Assembly: GCA_903917615.1 (NCBI GenBank)
Contig: CAIXBH010000172.1
Span: 5,898-69,897 of the forward strand
Reading direction: 5' to 3'
DNA length: 64,000 nucleotides
Origin: an uncultured Chloroflexota bacterium
Lineage (GTDB): Bacteria > Chloroflexota > Dehalococcoidia > UBA2979
In this document: one piece after another, positions 12,202 to 24,710 of the stretch
How the letters are laid out: each line of letters starts with the position of its first letter
Position numbering within the stretch: position 1 is the stretch's first letter
Notes under the pieces: generated by a model
The model's database searches: none
What the model saw: the letters and a program-made list of their open reading frames with translations, nothing else
What the model was told of the DNA's origin: nothing
Position numbers and translations under genes: made by a program

Positions 12202-13443
12202 CTATTCCTCCGGCGGCTTGTACGACTGGAACTGCCAGAGCAGCAGAAAGTCATACACGATGCGCACCGCCGCGCCGAGGATCAGCGGCCAGCCGAACGA
12301 CGACACACTGAGCAACGCGCCCGCGATCAGCGGCGCCCCCGCGGAAGCGAGGCTCCTCGGTACGTTCGTGACGCTCGCCGCGGCCGCGCGCTCCTCGGGC
12401 GGCACGACGGCCATCACGTAGGACTGGCGCGCCGGGATGTCCATCTGCCCGAGCAGCGTCCGGCCGCAGAGCATGGCCACCGCCAGCGGCGCGTTCGGCA
12501 TTACCGCCGCCAGGATGAGGAAGATGTTCGACGGCAGGTGGGTGAACACCATCGTGTTGATCAGGCCGATGCGCTGGCCCAGCCACGAGGCGGCGAGCTG
12601 CGAGCCCGCCGAGAGCAACCCTGCGACGAAGAAGATCTCACCGGCGGTGGTCACCGACAGGTGGAAGCGCTCGAACAGCCAGAGCGAGAGCAGGGCCTGC
12701 CCGAGGAAGCCGCCGCCAAAGGCATCCATGCTGAACAGCAGCGACAACCGGATGACGATGCTGCGCGACTTTCGCAGCGGCGCGGCCCGCTGCGTGCCGT
12801 CGCCCGACTCCTCGACATGCAGGCCGGCGTAGATCGCGACGAGGCCCGCGGCGACGACCGCGTACACCAGGAACGAGGCGCGCTGGACCTCGACGAGCGG
12901 CCACCCCGCCAGTCGTGCGATGGCCACGGGCACGCCCGCGCACAGCGAGCCGATCGCGACGGCGAAGATGCCTCCGAGGTTGTAGCGCGCAAAGAGCGAC
13001 GTGCGGTCGAGTGGGGCTACGGCTTCGCTCAGCAGCGACTGCTCCGTCGGCAGGAAGACGCTGACGTCGCCGCCGGACGGATTCAGCGTGCCGATGACGC
13101 CGACGACGAGCAGCGTCCAGAAGTTCGTGGCCAGGGCGAAGCCGGCGCCCGTGAAGAGCATGAGCCCCGCCGAGGCGAAGAGGAGACTCCGGCGGCTCAG
13201 CCGGTGCCCCATGAGCCCCACAAGGAGCGTGAGCAGCGCGGAGCCCAGCAGGGTCCCGGTGATGATCGCGCCAATCTCGAAGGCAGAATACCCGGACTCA
13301 CGCAGGTAGGCGGCCAGCATGACCGACACGAAGCCGTCCGCCAGCCCGCGCAGCGACCGCGCGGAGACGAGCCGCCGCGCGTCCTCGGTGGCCGAGGCGG
13401 GGAGGAGGCGCGAGCCGCGATGCGTGGCGGTGGAGGAGACCAT
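12202..13443 (-). CDS. MFS transporter
   Basis: 12 predicted TM helices. Trimmed to the ATG at 13441-13443 (MVSSTATH). It is divergent from metF. Confidence 0.75.
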   Translation of the reverse strand: MVSSTATHRGSRLLPASATEDARRLVSARSLRGLADGFVSVMLAAYLRESGYSAFEIGAIITGTLLGSALLTLLVGLMGHRLSRRSLLFASAGLMLFTGAGFALATNFWTLLVVGVIGTLNPSGGDVSVFLPTEQSLLSEAVAPLDRTSLFARYNLGGIFAVAIGSLCAGVPVAIARLAGWPLVEVQRASFLVYAVVAAGLVAIYAGLHVEESGDGTQRAAPLRKSRSIVIRLSLLFSMDAFGGGFLGQALLSLWLFERFHLSVTTAGEIFFVAGLLSAGSQLAASWLGQRIGLINTMVFTHLPSNIFLILAAVMPNAPLAVAMLCGRTLLGQMDIPARQSYVMAVVPPEERAAAASVTNVPRSLASAGAPLIAGALLSVSSFGWPLILGAAVRIVYDFLLLWQFQSYKPPEE

Positions 13444-13495
13444 CGGCGGAGTCTGCACGCTGTACGTCACCGACGCCAGCGGCGAACATGGGAGC

Positions 13496-14363
13496 ATGGT
13501 GACCATCCCCGACCTCATCGCGCAGGGACCGACGCTGTCGTTCGAGTTCTCCGCGCCTCGCGACGCCGACGGAGAGACGCGGCTCGCGCGGACGCTCGAG
13601 CGGCTTGCCGCGATCAAGCCGTCCTTCATGTCCGTGACCTACGGTGCGGGCGGCTCGACGCGTGGCCCCACTGCCGAGGTGGTGGAGCGGATCCAGCGCC
13701 TCGGCGTGAACGCGATGCCGCACCTCACCTGCGTGGCACACACACGCGAGGAGATCGCGGCGCTGGTCGAGCGCTACCGCGTCGATGGGGTCGAGAACCT
13801 CCTGGCGTTGCACGGGGACATCCCCGCCGACGGGCCGGATCACGCGACGAACGCGTTCCCGTGGGCGATCGACCTCGTCGCGTTCGTACGCGAGCGCACG
13901 CATTTCGCGATCGGCGTCGCGGCGCACCCCGAAGGGCATCCGCGCGCCGAGTCGCGCGCGGCCGACCTCGACCATCACGCGGAGAAGCTGCGCGCGGCGG
14001 ACTTCGCCATCACGCAGTTCTTCTTCGACCTGGCGCACTACGAGCGGTTCATCGCCGAGATGGCCAAGCGTGGCGTCACCACCCCCGTGATCCCGGGCAT
14101 CATGCCGCCGACCAACGCCGAGGGGATCGCGCGCATGTCCGCGGCGAACGGCACCGACTTCCCGGCGGCGCTTCGCGCGCGCCTCGAAGCCTGCGGCGAT
14201 GACCTCGATGCCCGGCGAGAGGTCGCGACGGACGCGGCGACGCGACTCGGCGAGGGACTGCTGGCTGCCGGCGCGCCGGGGATACAGCTGTACACGCTGA
14301 ACTTCAGCGAGCCCGCGCTCACGATCGTCCGGAACCTCGTCGAGGCGAACGCTCTCGCTGGCT

Positions 14364-14386
<23 letters not shown>
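13496..14386 (+). CDS. metF: 5,10-methylenetetrahydrofolate reductase
   Basis: SFEFSAPR...[13 protein letters not shown]...QFFFD are MetF signatures. Trimmed to the ATG at 13496. Confidence 0.85.
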
Positions 14387-17039
<2,653 letters not shown>

Positions 17040-17049
17040 GACGTGCCGC

Positions 17050-18135
17050 CTATCGCGCGATCGTGAACGGTTCGAGGCCCGCGAGTCGCAATTTCGGCGC
17101 GCCGAGGTCGGGAACGCGGCGGGGCGGCAGGCCGCGCACCGCCTCCGCGATCGCTCGGATGTGGTCGGGTGTCGTGCCGCAGCAGCCGCCGACGATGTTC
17201 AGCAGGCCGGCGCTCGCCCACTCGTGCATCTGCGTCGCCATCTGGCCGGGCGTTTCGTCGTAGCCGCCGAACGCATTCGGCAGGCCTGCATTGGGGTACG
17301 CGGAGACCGCTGTGTCCGCGACACGCGAAAAGTCCGCGATGTACTCGCGCATCTGCTCCGGGCCAAGCGAGCAGTTGAGGCCCACCGCGAGGGGCTTCGC
17401 GTGACGGACGGAGTTCCAGAACGCTTCCACGGTTTGCCCGGACAGGTTCCGCCCCGAGAGGTCGACGACTGAGCCCGAGATGATGATCGGTAGCCGGACG
17501 CCGGTCGACTCGAACACCTCGTCGATGCCGAACAGGGCGGCCTTCGCGTTCAGGGTGTCGAAGATCGTCTCGACGAGCAGGATGTCGGCGCCGCCGTCGA
17601 TGAGGCCGCGTGCCGCCTCGCCGTACGCCTCGCGCAGCTGGTCGAACGTCACGCCGCGTGCGGCGGGGTCGTTCGCGTCAGGGGAAATCGAGGCGGTGCG
17701 GTTCGTGGGGCCGATCGAGCCCGCGACCCAGCGCGGCTTCGAGGGGTCGGCCGCCGTGTACTCATCTGCGACGGCGCGGCCAAGCCGTGCGCCCTCCGCG
17801 TTCAACTCGTACGCGAATGACTCGAGCCCGTAGTCGGCCTGCGCGATGCTCGTCGAGGCGAAGGTGTTTGTTGACGTAATGTCGGCGCCGGCGTCGAGGT
17901 ATGCGCGGTGGATCTCGGTGACGATCTGCGGGGCGGTCAGGATGAGGAGGTCGTTGTCGCCCTTGAGGTCGCTTGGCCAGTCCGCGAACCGTGTCCCGCG
18001 GTAGTCGGCCTCGGACAGTCGCCGGCCCTGGATCAGCACGCCCCATGACCCGTCGAGCACGAGGATCCGCTCCGCGAGGGCGCGGCGCAGCGCTTCGAGG
18101 CGCTGTTCGCGGGCGGTGGAGGCGGTCGTGGTCAT
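17050..18135 (-). CDS. metH: Homocysteine S-methyltransferase domain protein (the N-terminal module of MetH as a separate ORF)
   Basis: Contains LNCSLGP...[11 protein letters not shown], the Zn-binding cysteines of the Hcy domain. It ends in LEPFTIAR, exactly at the linker before the pterin domain. Confidence 0.85.
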   Translation of the reverse strand: MTTTASTAREQRLEALRRALAERILVLDGSWGVLIQGRRLSEADYRGTRFADWPSDLKGDNDLLILTAPQIVTEIHRAYLDAGADITSTNTFASTSIAQADYGLESFAYELNAEGARLGRAVADEYTAADPSKPRWVAGSIGPTNRTASISPDANDPAARGVTFDQLREAYGEAARGLIDGGADILLVETIFDTLNAKAALFGIDEVFESTGVRLPIIISGSVVDLSGRNLSGQTVEAFWNSVRHAKPLAVGLNCSLGPEQMREYIADFSRVADTAVSAYPNAGLPNAFGGYDETPGQMATQMHEWASAGLLNIVGGCCGTTPDHIRAIAEAVRGLPPRRVPDLGAPKLRLAGLEPFTIAR

Positions 18136-18226
18136 GTTCCCCTTCGGAGCGCCGCTTCGCGGCTGAACACGTTATCCATGATACGGGGTGGCCCGCTGTG
18201 GGGACGGCCGGGCCAGAGACGACAAA

Positions 18227-18249
18227 GGGCCCGGGCAACGCCCGGGCCC
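18227..18249 (-). terminator. Intrinsic terminator downstream of the secreted-protein gene
   Basis: Minus-strand hairpin GGGCCCGGGC-GTT-GCCCGGGCCC followed by TTTGTCGTCTC. Confidence 0.5.
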
Positions 18250-18271
18250 TTCGCCTTGGCCTGCTTCGGCG

Positions 18272-18901
18272 CTAGCCGCAGCGCGACGTCACGAAACGCG
18301 CCCCACCGACGAAGAGCAGCGCGACCGCTGCCAGTGCGAGCGGCAGCGCGGGAGACTCGGTCGGGGTGACCAGGCCGGCGTTGCCGGTCTTCGCCGGCAC
18401 CGCGACCGGCGCCGGTGCTGCGGCCGCCGCGGCGACGTTGAACGTGGCCTTGCCCACGGCGACGTTGCCATCGGCGCCACCACAGGCCTGGTGGGCCAGC
18501 TGGCCCACGACCACCCACACGGTGTGCGGGCCGGCGGCCAGAGGGCCGACGTCCTGGGTCAACGCGCCGGAGTGGATGATCTTCGGGTCACCGCTGGGGA
18601 TTGTGGTCCCCGGCTTCAGCGTGGTCGTGGGGTCGATGTCGACGTAGTAGTGCAGATGGAACGACGCCGGGTCAGCCGCCGCCGCTGCCTTGAAGTTGAT
18701 GCCCGCCGGGGTCACGTTCGCGGTGACCGTCGTCGTACCCGTAGAGGTGTTCGGCGCGGTTGCGGTGATCGCCAGGCCCGCAGGACATGCCGCGAGCGCC
18801 GGAACCTGTGCCTCTGCGCCGCGAGGCGTGAGCAGCGCCGTGACCGTGATCGCGAGCGCTGCAGCGACCCGGACGTATCGGGACAGACGGTGGTGGTTCA
18901 C
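18272..18901 (-). CDS. Secreted protein of unknown function with a C-terminal anchor-like signal
   Basis: N-terminal signal peptide, an HLHYYVDIDP motif and an Ala/Pro-rich linker. The C-terminus is VPAKTG + hydrophobic helix + RFVTSRCG. Confidence 0.6.
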   Translation of the reverse strand: MNHHRLSRYVRVAAALAITVTALLTPRGAEAQVPALAACPAGLAITATAPNTSTGTTTVTANVTPAGINFKAAAAADPASFHLHYYVDIDPTTTLKPGTTIPSGDPKIIHSGALTQDVGPLAAGPHTVWVVVGQLAHQACGGADGNVAVGKATFNVAAAAAAPAPVAVPAKTGNAGLVTPTESPALPLALAAVALLFVGGARFVTSRCG

Positions 18902-19043
18902 GTGGGTACCTTCCTAGAACCGGGCGGTGGTGGTGCCTCGTCGCGGCCCGGACGTCGACTGGCCGCCGGACGATAGACCGGATCGGCGCGCAGCGCATCC
19001 CGTTCTGCACGCCGGGAACGCGTGACCTCGCTAGGCTGATCGC
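18902..19043. promoter_or_regulatory. Divergent promoter region between the secreted-protein gene and cobQ
   Basis: A 142-bp intergenic region between divergently oriented starts. No convincing cobalamin-riboswitch B12 box was found. Confidence 0.3.
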
Positions 19044-20552
19044 ATGGCTGCACCTGTGCTCATGGTCGTCGGCACTGCCTCGTCAGTGGGGAAGTCGATC
19101 CTCGTGACGGCGCTCTGCCGCGCGTTTGCGCAGGAGGGTGTCCGCGTTGCGCCGTTCAAGGCGCAGAACATGTCGAATAACGCCGACGTGACCCCGGATG
19201 GCCTCGAGATCGGGCGTGCGCAGGCGGAGCAGGCGGCCGCGGCCGGTCTTCTGGCGGACGTCGACATGAATCCGGTGCTGCTCAAGCCCCAGGGCGATCG
19301 CACGTCGCAGATCGTGCTCGACGGCCGGCCGGCCGGCGTGCTGACGAGCGCCGACTTCGATCGTCGCGCGCAGTTCTGGCCGTTCGTCGAGGGCGCACTG
19401 GGGCGCCTGCGAGCGAAGTACGACCTCGTGATCGCGGAAGGTGCGGGCGCGGCGATCGAGCCGAACCTGTACGCGACGGACATCGTGAACATGCGAGTCG
19501 CGAGGCACGCGCATGCGGTGACGCTGCTCGTCGGGGACATCGACCGTGGTGGCGTGTTCGCGCACTTCGTGGGCACGCTCGCTCTGATGCCGCCCGAGGA
19601 CCGCGCACTCGTGCGAGGCCTCATCATCAATCGCTTCCGTGGCGATGAGACGCTCCTCGCGCCCGCGATCGCGGATGTCGAGGCACGCACCGGCGTCCCG
19701 GTCCTCGGCGTGATCCCATGGCTCGACGAGATCGACATCGCGGAGGAGGATGCGGCCTCTCTGGCTGGCGCGCTGGAGCGGCCGGCGCGCGCGGATGTCG
19801 TGGACCTGCCGCCCAGCGTCGAGGTCGCCGTGATTCGGCTGCCGCGCATCGCGAACTTCGACGACTTCGATCCGCTCGCGCGGGAGCCCGGTGTGCGGCT
19901 GCGTTACGTGCAGCGCGCGGAGGATCTTGCGGGCGCGCAGCTCATCGTACTTCCCGGCACGAAGTCCACCATCGCGGATCTCGAGTGGCTGCGCGCACGT
20001 GGGCTCGACGCCGCGATCCATCAGCGCCTCGCGGCTGGCGCGCACATCCTCGGCATCTGCGGCGGCCTGCAGATGCTCGGCGAGCGCATTACGGACGACG
20101 AAGGGGTCGAGGCCGCCGCGGGCGCGAGCGTGGAAGGCCTCGGACTGCTGGCGCTACGCACGTCGTTCGTGGCGGAGAAGGCGACGCGTCGCGTCGCGGG
20201 GCATGTCGCGACTTCGCGCGGCACGTGGGCGAAGGCGCGCGGCCTCGCAGTGAGTGGCTACGAGATCCACATGGGACGGTCCGAGGGCGCCGCGGAACCG
20301 TTCCTCACGCTCGACGGGCATCCGGACGGCGCGGTGTCCGCGGACGGACTCGTCGGGGGGACGTACCTCCATGGCCTGCTGCACAACGACGGGTTCCGTC
20401 GCACGCTCCTGCGCTCGCTCGGCTGGGTGGGCGACGTCGAGGAGTCGAGCGCCGCGCGTCGCGAGCGCGCGTTCGACCGCCTCGCCGGCGTCGTGCGCGC
20501 GCACCTCGACCTCGATCGCGTGCGCGGCTGGCTCGAGCTTCCCGCGCGCTAG
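19044..20552 (+). CDS. cobQ: Cobyric acid synthase
   Basis: Has the N-terminal CobB/CobQ ATPase-like domain (GTASSVGKS) and a C-terminal glutamine amidotransferase domain (ICGGLQMLG). Confidence 0.9.
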   Translation: MAAPVLMVVGTASSVGKSILVTALCRAFAQEGVRVAPFKAQNMSNNADVTPDGLEIGRAQAEQAAAAGLLADVDMNPVLLKPQGDRTSQIVLDGRPAGVLTSADFDRRAQFWPFVEGALGRLRAKYDLVIAEGAGAAIEPNLYATDIVNMRVARHAHAVTLLVGDIDRGGVFAHFVGTLALMPPEDRALVRGLIINRFRGDETLLAPAIADVEARTGVPVLGVIPWLDEIDIAEEDAASLAGALERPARADVVDLPPSVEVAVIRLPRIANFDDFDPLAREPGVRLRYVQRAEDLAGAQLIVLPGTKSTIADLEWLRARGLDAAIHQRLAAGAHILGICGGLQMLGERITDDEGVEAAAGASVEGLGLLALRTSFVAEKATRRVAGHVATSRGTWAKARGLAVSGYEIHMGRSEGAAEPFLTLDGHPDGAVSADGLVGGTYLHGLLHNDGFRRTLLRSLGWVGDVEESSAARRERAFDRLAGVVRAHLDLDRVRGWLELPAR

Positions 20553-21112
20553 GCCTCGAGCGCAGCGCGGAAGCGCGCGAGACGCTCGTGGTACGCGGGG
20601 CCCGTGCCGATGGACTGCGAGGACGCGACGGCCTCGAATGAATCGTCCTCGACGTGGTGGCGGTGCAGCAGCCGGGCGGCGGGTACGCCGTCCGCGACGC
20701 CCGCGATCTCGTAAACGGCGGCGACGCGGCGCGCGATGCCCCCACCGCGCACGCGATAGACCGCGATGTAGACGACGAGTTCGAGGCGCGCGGCCTGTTC
20801 GTCAGGGATGCCGTTGTGGTGGCACAGCACCTCGAATGCCTCGTTCACCCCGGGCGCGTGCAGCGCGGTCGCGAGAAGGAACCCGCGTTCCAGCGCGCCG
20901 AACACCTGCTGCACCGGGGGCCCCCACAGGTATTCGTAGAACCCGGCGGGTGAGACCTCGGCGACGATGAGGTAGCCGTTGTCGGCGGCAGTCGGAATGC
21001 CCAGGCCCGGCCCCGCGCCGGAGCTGAGGGTGTGCATCGGCGTCCCGGCGGGTGCTTCCGCGAGGATCGCGCGCATCACCGTGCTCTTGCCGGCCTGTCG
21101 GGGGATCGCGAC
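20549..21112 (-). pseudogene. Truncated T2SS/T4P-family (CpaF/TadA-like) ATPase; only the C-terminal ~190 aa are present
   Basis: P-loop-like PRQAGKST. HAPGVNEAFEVL...RLELVVYIAVYR...RRVAAVYEIAG resembles the C-terminal half of CpaF/VirB11. The upstream part of the ORF is antisense to a hydrolase fragment. Confidence 0.4.
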
Positions 21113-21136
21113 GCACCCCAGGGGCAGGCCTCGACC

Positions 21137-21589
21137 ATGGCATTCCACGCCGAGACCGACGTCCTGGAGCGGTTCGAGGATTTCCTCGACCGCGCAGTGA
21201 AGTTCAACCCAGCGCGGAAGCCGGAGCACCTCGCCTACAGCCTCACGCACTCGCTGAAGCGCACGGACAAGGGCTGGACATGGAAGCAGGATCCCCGTGG
21301 CCGCGACCGCGTGCGTGCGACGCCTCTCGACGAGCGTCAGGCCGCCGCTACCCGGCGCAATGCGGAGCTGTGGGAGGACCTGCGCGCGCTCGCCACGAGG
21401 ACGCTCATCATCCGTGGTGATGCCAGCAAAACGCTTGCCGCGGACGTGGCGCAGCGCATGGTCGATGCGGCGCAGCATGCGACGCTCGTGACCGTCCCGG
21501 GGGCCAGCGGCTATGTGCCCGGCGACCGCCCTCGCGAGTTCGCGGAGGCGCTGGACGCGTTCCTCTCAGCCCGTAGCCGCATGGGCTAG
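21137..21589 (+). pseudogene. Alpha/beta-hydrolase C-terminal fragment (no nucleophile-elbow half)
   Basis: 150 aa matching the cap and C-terminal part of an alpha/beta hydrolase (LIIRGDASK...PGASGYVPGDRPREFAEALDAFL). The catalytic His position reads Tyr. No GxSxG region lies upstream. Confidence 0.4.
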
Positions 21590-22905
21590 TGCGCGGCGCC
21601 GATCGCGGCGCTGCGATCCTGGCTGTCCCGCACGAGGTTGCTGAGGCGCAGCCCGCGCATCCTCGACGACAGCACGAGGATGGCGATGCCGATCGTCCCG
21701 GCTGCAGCGGTGATGACCGCTCCCACGAGCGGCGCGCCGACGCGGTCTGCCGCGACACCGGCGACGAGGGAGCCGACCGGCATGATGAGGAAGGTGAGCT
21801 GGAGCACGCTCGCGATGCTCCCGCGCAGGTGTTCGGGTGCCAGGAGCTGCATCACCGAGGTGTTCGTCGTGGTGTAGACGGTCTCGAAGGTCCCCGCGAT
21901 CACGAGGAACGGAACGCACAGCCAGAGGTTGTGCGTCACAGCCGCGAGCACCGAGAAGGCCGTCTCCGAGAACGCGAAGATCAGCAGCGCGATCAACTGC
22001 ATCAGCCCGCGGCGGTCGATGCGGTTCAGCGACGCTGTCAGCAGGCCGCCGAGCAGACCGCCCACGCCGATGGAGCCGGCAAGCAGACCGAACGTGCCGG
22101 CATCGCCGTTGAACACGTGCTGCGCGAACGCAGGCAGCAGGGCGGCGTGGAGCGGGATGATCAGCGCCGGCGAGATCGCGCTCATGATGAGCAGCAGCCG
22201 CACCTGCGGATCGCTGAGCGCGAACGTCCAGCCCTCCATGAGGGCGCCGAGAAATGCCTTTCGCGGCGGCGCCGGCGGACGCGGGCCTGTGCGGATCAGG
22301 AGCACGGACGCCAGCACCGTGCCGTACGCGATCGCCTGCAGGTAGAAGTTCGTCGCTGGGCCAACGAACTTCACCAGCGAGCCGCCGATCATCGTCCCGC
22401 CGGCACGCGCGATGCTGAACGCCAGCCATGACAGGGCCACGGCGTTCGGAATCACGCGTCTGGGGACGAGGTCGAACACGAACGTCTGGCGCGCGGGCAT
22501 GTTGAAGGTCTGCGCGACGGATACCAGCAGCATGAACACGAAGATGTGACTCAGTTGCACCGTGCCGAGGCTCACGTCCACGCCGATGGCGACCGTCACC
22601 GCCAGCATCGCCACCTGGCTCCAGGCGATCACGCGGTTGCGTCCGAGACGGTCGGTGGCCAGGCCTGCCGCCGGTGAGAGCAGCGTCGCGAAGGCTCGCA
22701 TCAGGTTCACCGAGCCAACGAGCCCGCTGGAACCGGTCAGGATCTGGACCATCCAGCTCACCGTGACCTGCTGCATCCACTGCGCGCCTGCGGTGGCGAG
22801 GTCTCCGATCCACAGCATGCGGTAGTTGAAGAACCGGAACGCGTAGAACGTCCCGATCTCGTCGTGCTCGGAGGCGTCCTCGGTCGGGGGGGGTGTGGCG
22901 GTCAT
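21586..22905 (-). CDS. MFS transporter (DHA3-like)
   Basis: 12 TM helices. Trimmed to the ATG at 22903-22905 (MTATPPPTED). Confidence 0.8.
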   Translation of the reverse strand: MTATPPPTEDASEHDEIGTFYAFRFFNYRMLWIGDLATAGAQWMQQVTVSWMVQILTGSSGLVGSVNLMRAFATLLSPAAGLATDRLGRNRVIAWSQVAMLAVTVAIGVDVSLGTVQLSHIFVFMLLVSVAQTFNMPARQTFVFDLVPRRVIPNAVALSWLAFSIARAGGTMIGGSLVKFVGPATNFYLQAIAYGTVLASVLLIRTGPRPPAPPRKAFLGALMEGWTFALSDPQVRLLLIMSAISPALIIPLHAALLPAFAQHVFNGDAGTFGLLAGSIGVGGLLGGLLTASLNRIDRRGLMQLIALLIFAFSETAFSVLAAVTHNLWLCVPFLVIAGTFETVYTTTNTSVMQLLAPEHLRGSIASVLQLTFLIMPVGSLVAGVAADRVGAPLVGAVITAAAGTIGIAILVLSSRMRGLRLSNLVRDSQDRSAAIGAAH

Positions 22906-23180
22906 GCGGTTCTTTCGTTCGGCGGGAGAGGCGGCGGGGTCGCTCGGACCGCGCGGGACGTGGGTAACCCTCACGTGTACGACATGGTACCGCGACGGTC
23001 GTGGAGGTCGAGTCGCGGCCGGGTGCGTCACGCGGCGGCGCCGGCAGGCGGATGCGCACCGGGGACGGGCCACCAGTTGCGGCACGGCGTAGGATCGCCG
23101 CTGCGCAGCGGGGAGGCCGTCCGTCGAGGGTGGCCGCGCGCAGTCCCCACCACAGTGACCGCATCGGAGGATCTCAAGAC

Positions 23181-24593
23181 ATGGCTGACTCGATCGCGCG
23201 GCAGTTCGCCCGCTGGACCGCGAACCTGAAGTACGAGGACCTGCCGCCGGTTGTCGTCGACAAGATGAAGTCCGTGCTCCTCGTGGAGCTCGTCAGCGGC
23301 GTGCTCGGCGCGCAGGACCACCGCGCCAAGGAAGTGAACGACTTCATCGTCCGCGAAGAGGGCAAGGCGGACGGCGCGACGATCATCTGGGACGGCCGTA
23401 AGGCCAGCCGCGCGGGCGCCGCGTTCGCGAACGCCGAGGCGATGCACGTCACCGGCCTCGAAGACCAGTTCCGCATGATCACCCACCCGGGTTCCTCGCT
23501 CATCCCGGTCGCCATCACCAACGGCGAGCTCGAGGGCGTCAACATGAAGCAGCTCCTCACGGCCCTCGCGGCCGGGTACGAGGTGGGCTGCCGGCTGTCG
23601 GACGACTTCGTGCCGGCGACCGCCGCGCGCGGCTACCGGCCCGCGCCGATCTACCACACGATGGGTTCTTCGGTGGTCGCGGCGAAGCTGATGGGCCTCA
23701 ACGAGGACGGCATGATGTCCGCCATCGCGATCGGCGCGAACAGCGCGGCCGGCCTCTTCGAGAGCGGCCGCGGCGCCGGCGGCGGCGAGACGGCATTCCA
23801 CGACCCGAACGCGGCGCGCATCGGCACGTTCGCGGCGATGGTCGCGCGCGAGGGCCACATCAAGGGCTCCGAGCTCGTCATCGAGGGCGAGGCGGGCTTC
23901 CTGAACGCCTTCACCGGCAACAACCGCGGCGACCTCACGTACATGTTCGAGGAGCCGCGCCACGTCGACGTGACGAAGATCCCGGCGGACCTCGGCAAGG
24001 AGTGGAAGCTCCTCAACATCATGTACCGCATGTACAACACGGGCGGGTACAACCACCCGGTGATCAACCTCCTCGCCGAGCTGCGCGAGCAGAACAAGAT
24101 CAACCCGGATGAGGTTGCGCACGTCGAGGTGCAGATCAACTTCCTCGAGACCACGTACCCGAGCGCGCAGTTCCCGGCCGCGCCGTCGAACCCGGCGCGC
24201 GTGGGCAGCACGCACTACTTCGCCGCGCACGCGGTGGTGAACGGCGGCTTCCCGCAGATCGGCGGGCGCACCTACGGCCCGACCGAGGACCCGACGAAGG
24301 ACGAGAAGGTCCTGAAGTTCATGACCGAGAAGGTGAAGATCACCGGCGTCTGGAACCAGCCGATGTTCTCGCCGCGCGCCATCATCACCATGAACAACGG
24401 CACCGCGTACACGGGTGACTACCCGTACGCGCGCATGTGCTGGGACCTCGAAGGCCTGGTCGAGCACCTGCACGACCTGGAGGCGAAGTTCCCGCTCGGC
24501 GCTGCGGGCCTGAACGCGATCATCGACGCGTGCCGCAACCTCGAGTCGCTCTCGGGGGTCGCGGACCTGCACGCGCTCTGCCGCGCGAAGTAG
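23181..24593 (+). CDS. MmgE/PrpD family protein (2-methylcitrate dehydratase / cis-aconitate decarboxylase superfamily), copy 1
   Basis: 470 aa with PrpD-like N- and C-terminal domains. Trimmed to MADSIARQF at 23181. Confidence 0.85.
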   Translation: MADSIARQFARWTANLKYEDLPPVVVDKMKSVLLVELVSGVLGAQDHRAKEVNDFIVREEGKADGATIIWDGRKASRAGAAFANAEAMHVTGLEDQFRMITHPGSSLIPVAITNGELEGVNMKQLLTALAAGYEVGCRLSDDFVPATAARGYRPAPIYHTMGSSVVAAKLMGLNEDGMMSAIAIGANSAAGLFESGRGAGGGETAFHDPNAARIGTFAAMVAREGHIKGSELVIEGEAGFLNAFTGNNRGDLTYMFEEPRHVDVTKIPADLGKEWKLLNIMYRMYNTGGYNHPVINLLAELREQNKINPDEVAHVEVQINFLETTYPSAQFPAAPSNPARVGSTHYFAAHAVVNGGFPQIGGRTYGPTEDPTKDEKVLKFMTEKVKITGVWNQPMFSPRAIITMNNGTAYTGDYPYARMCWDLEGLVEHLHDLEAKFPLGAAGLNAIIDACRNLESLSGVADLHALCRAK

Positions 24594-24620
24594 CTCATCC
24601 GGCTTCGGCCGAATACAGAA

Positions 24621-24656
24621 CGGGTGGTCGAGGGAATCCTCGACCGCCCGTTTGTT
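24621..24656 (+). terminator. Intrinsic terminator after MmgE/PrpD copy 1
   Basis: cgggtggtcgagg-GAAT-cctcgaccgcccg followed by TTTGTTC. Confidence 0.55.
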
Positions 24657-24710
24657 CATATCGTCCGCGGGTTTCCGCCGTAGACTGCGTGCGACGAAGG
24701 GCGGCGCCCA

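Noticed and set aside
18780-18800. LPXTG sortase motif in the secreted protein
   Set aside because: The sequence is VPAKTG, which would be LPxxTG with an extra residue. It is not canonical, so it is reported only as a sorting-signal-like architecture.
18902-19043. Possible cobalamin riboswitch upstream of cobQ
   Set aside because: The region is only 142 bp and is shared with a divergent promoter. I could not find a convincing B12 box (GCCACTG-like) or the conserved GGGAA/GGUG elements.
21113-21478. N-terminal 120 aa of the minus-strand ORF 20549..21478
   Set aside because: Antisense to the alpha/beta-hydrolase fragment on the plus strand. Only the part from the P-loop onward looks protein-like.
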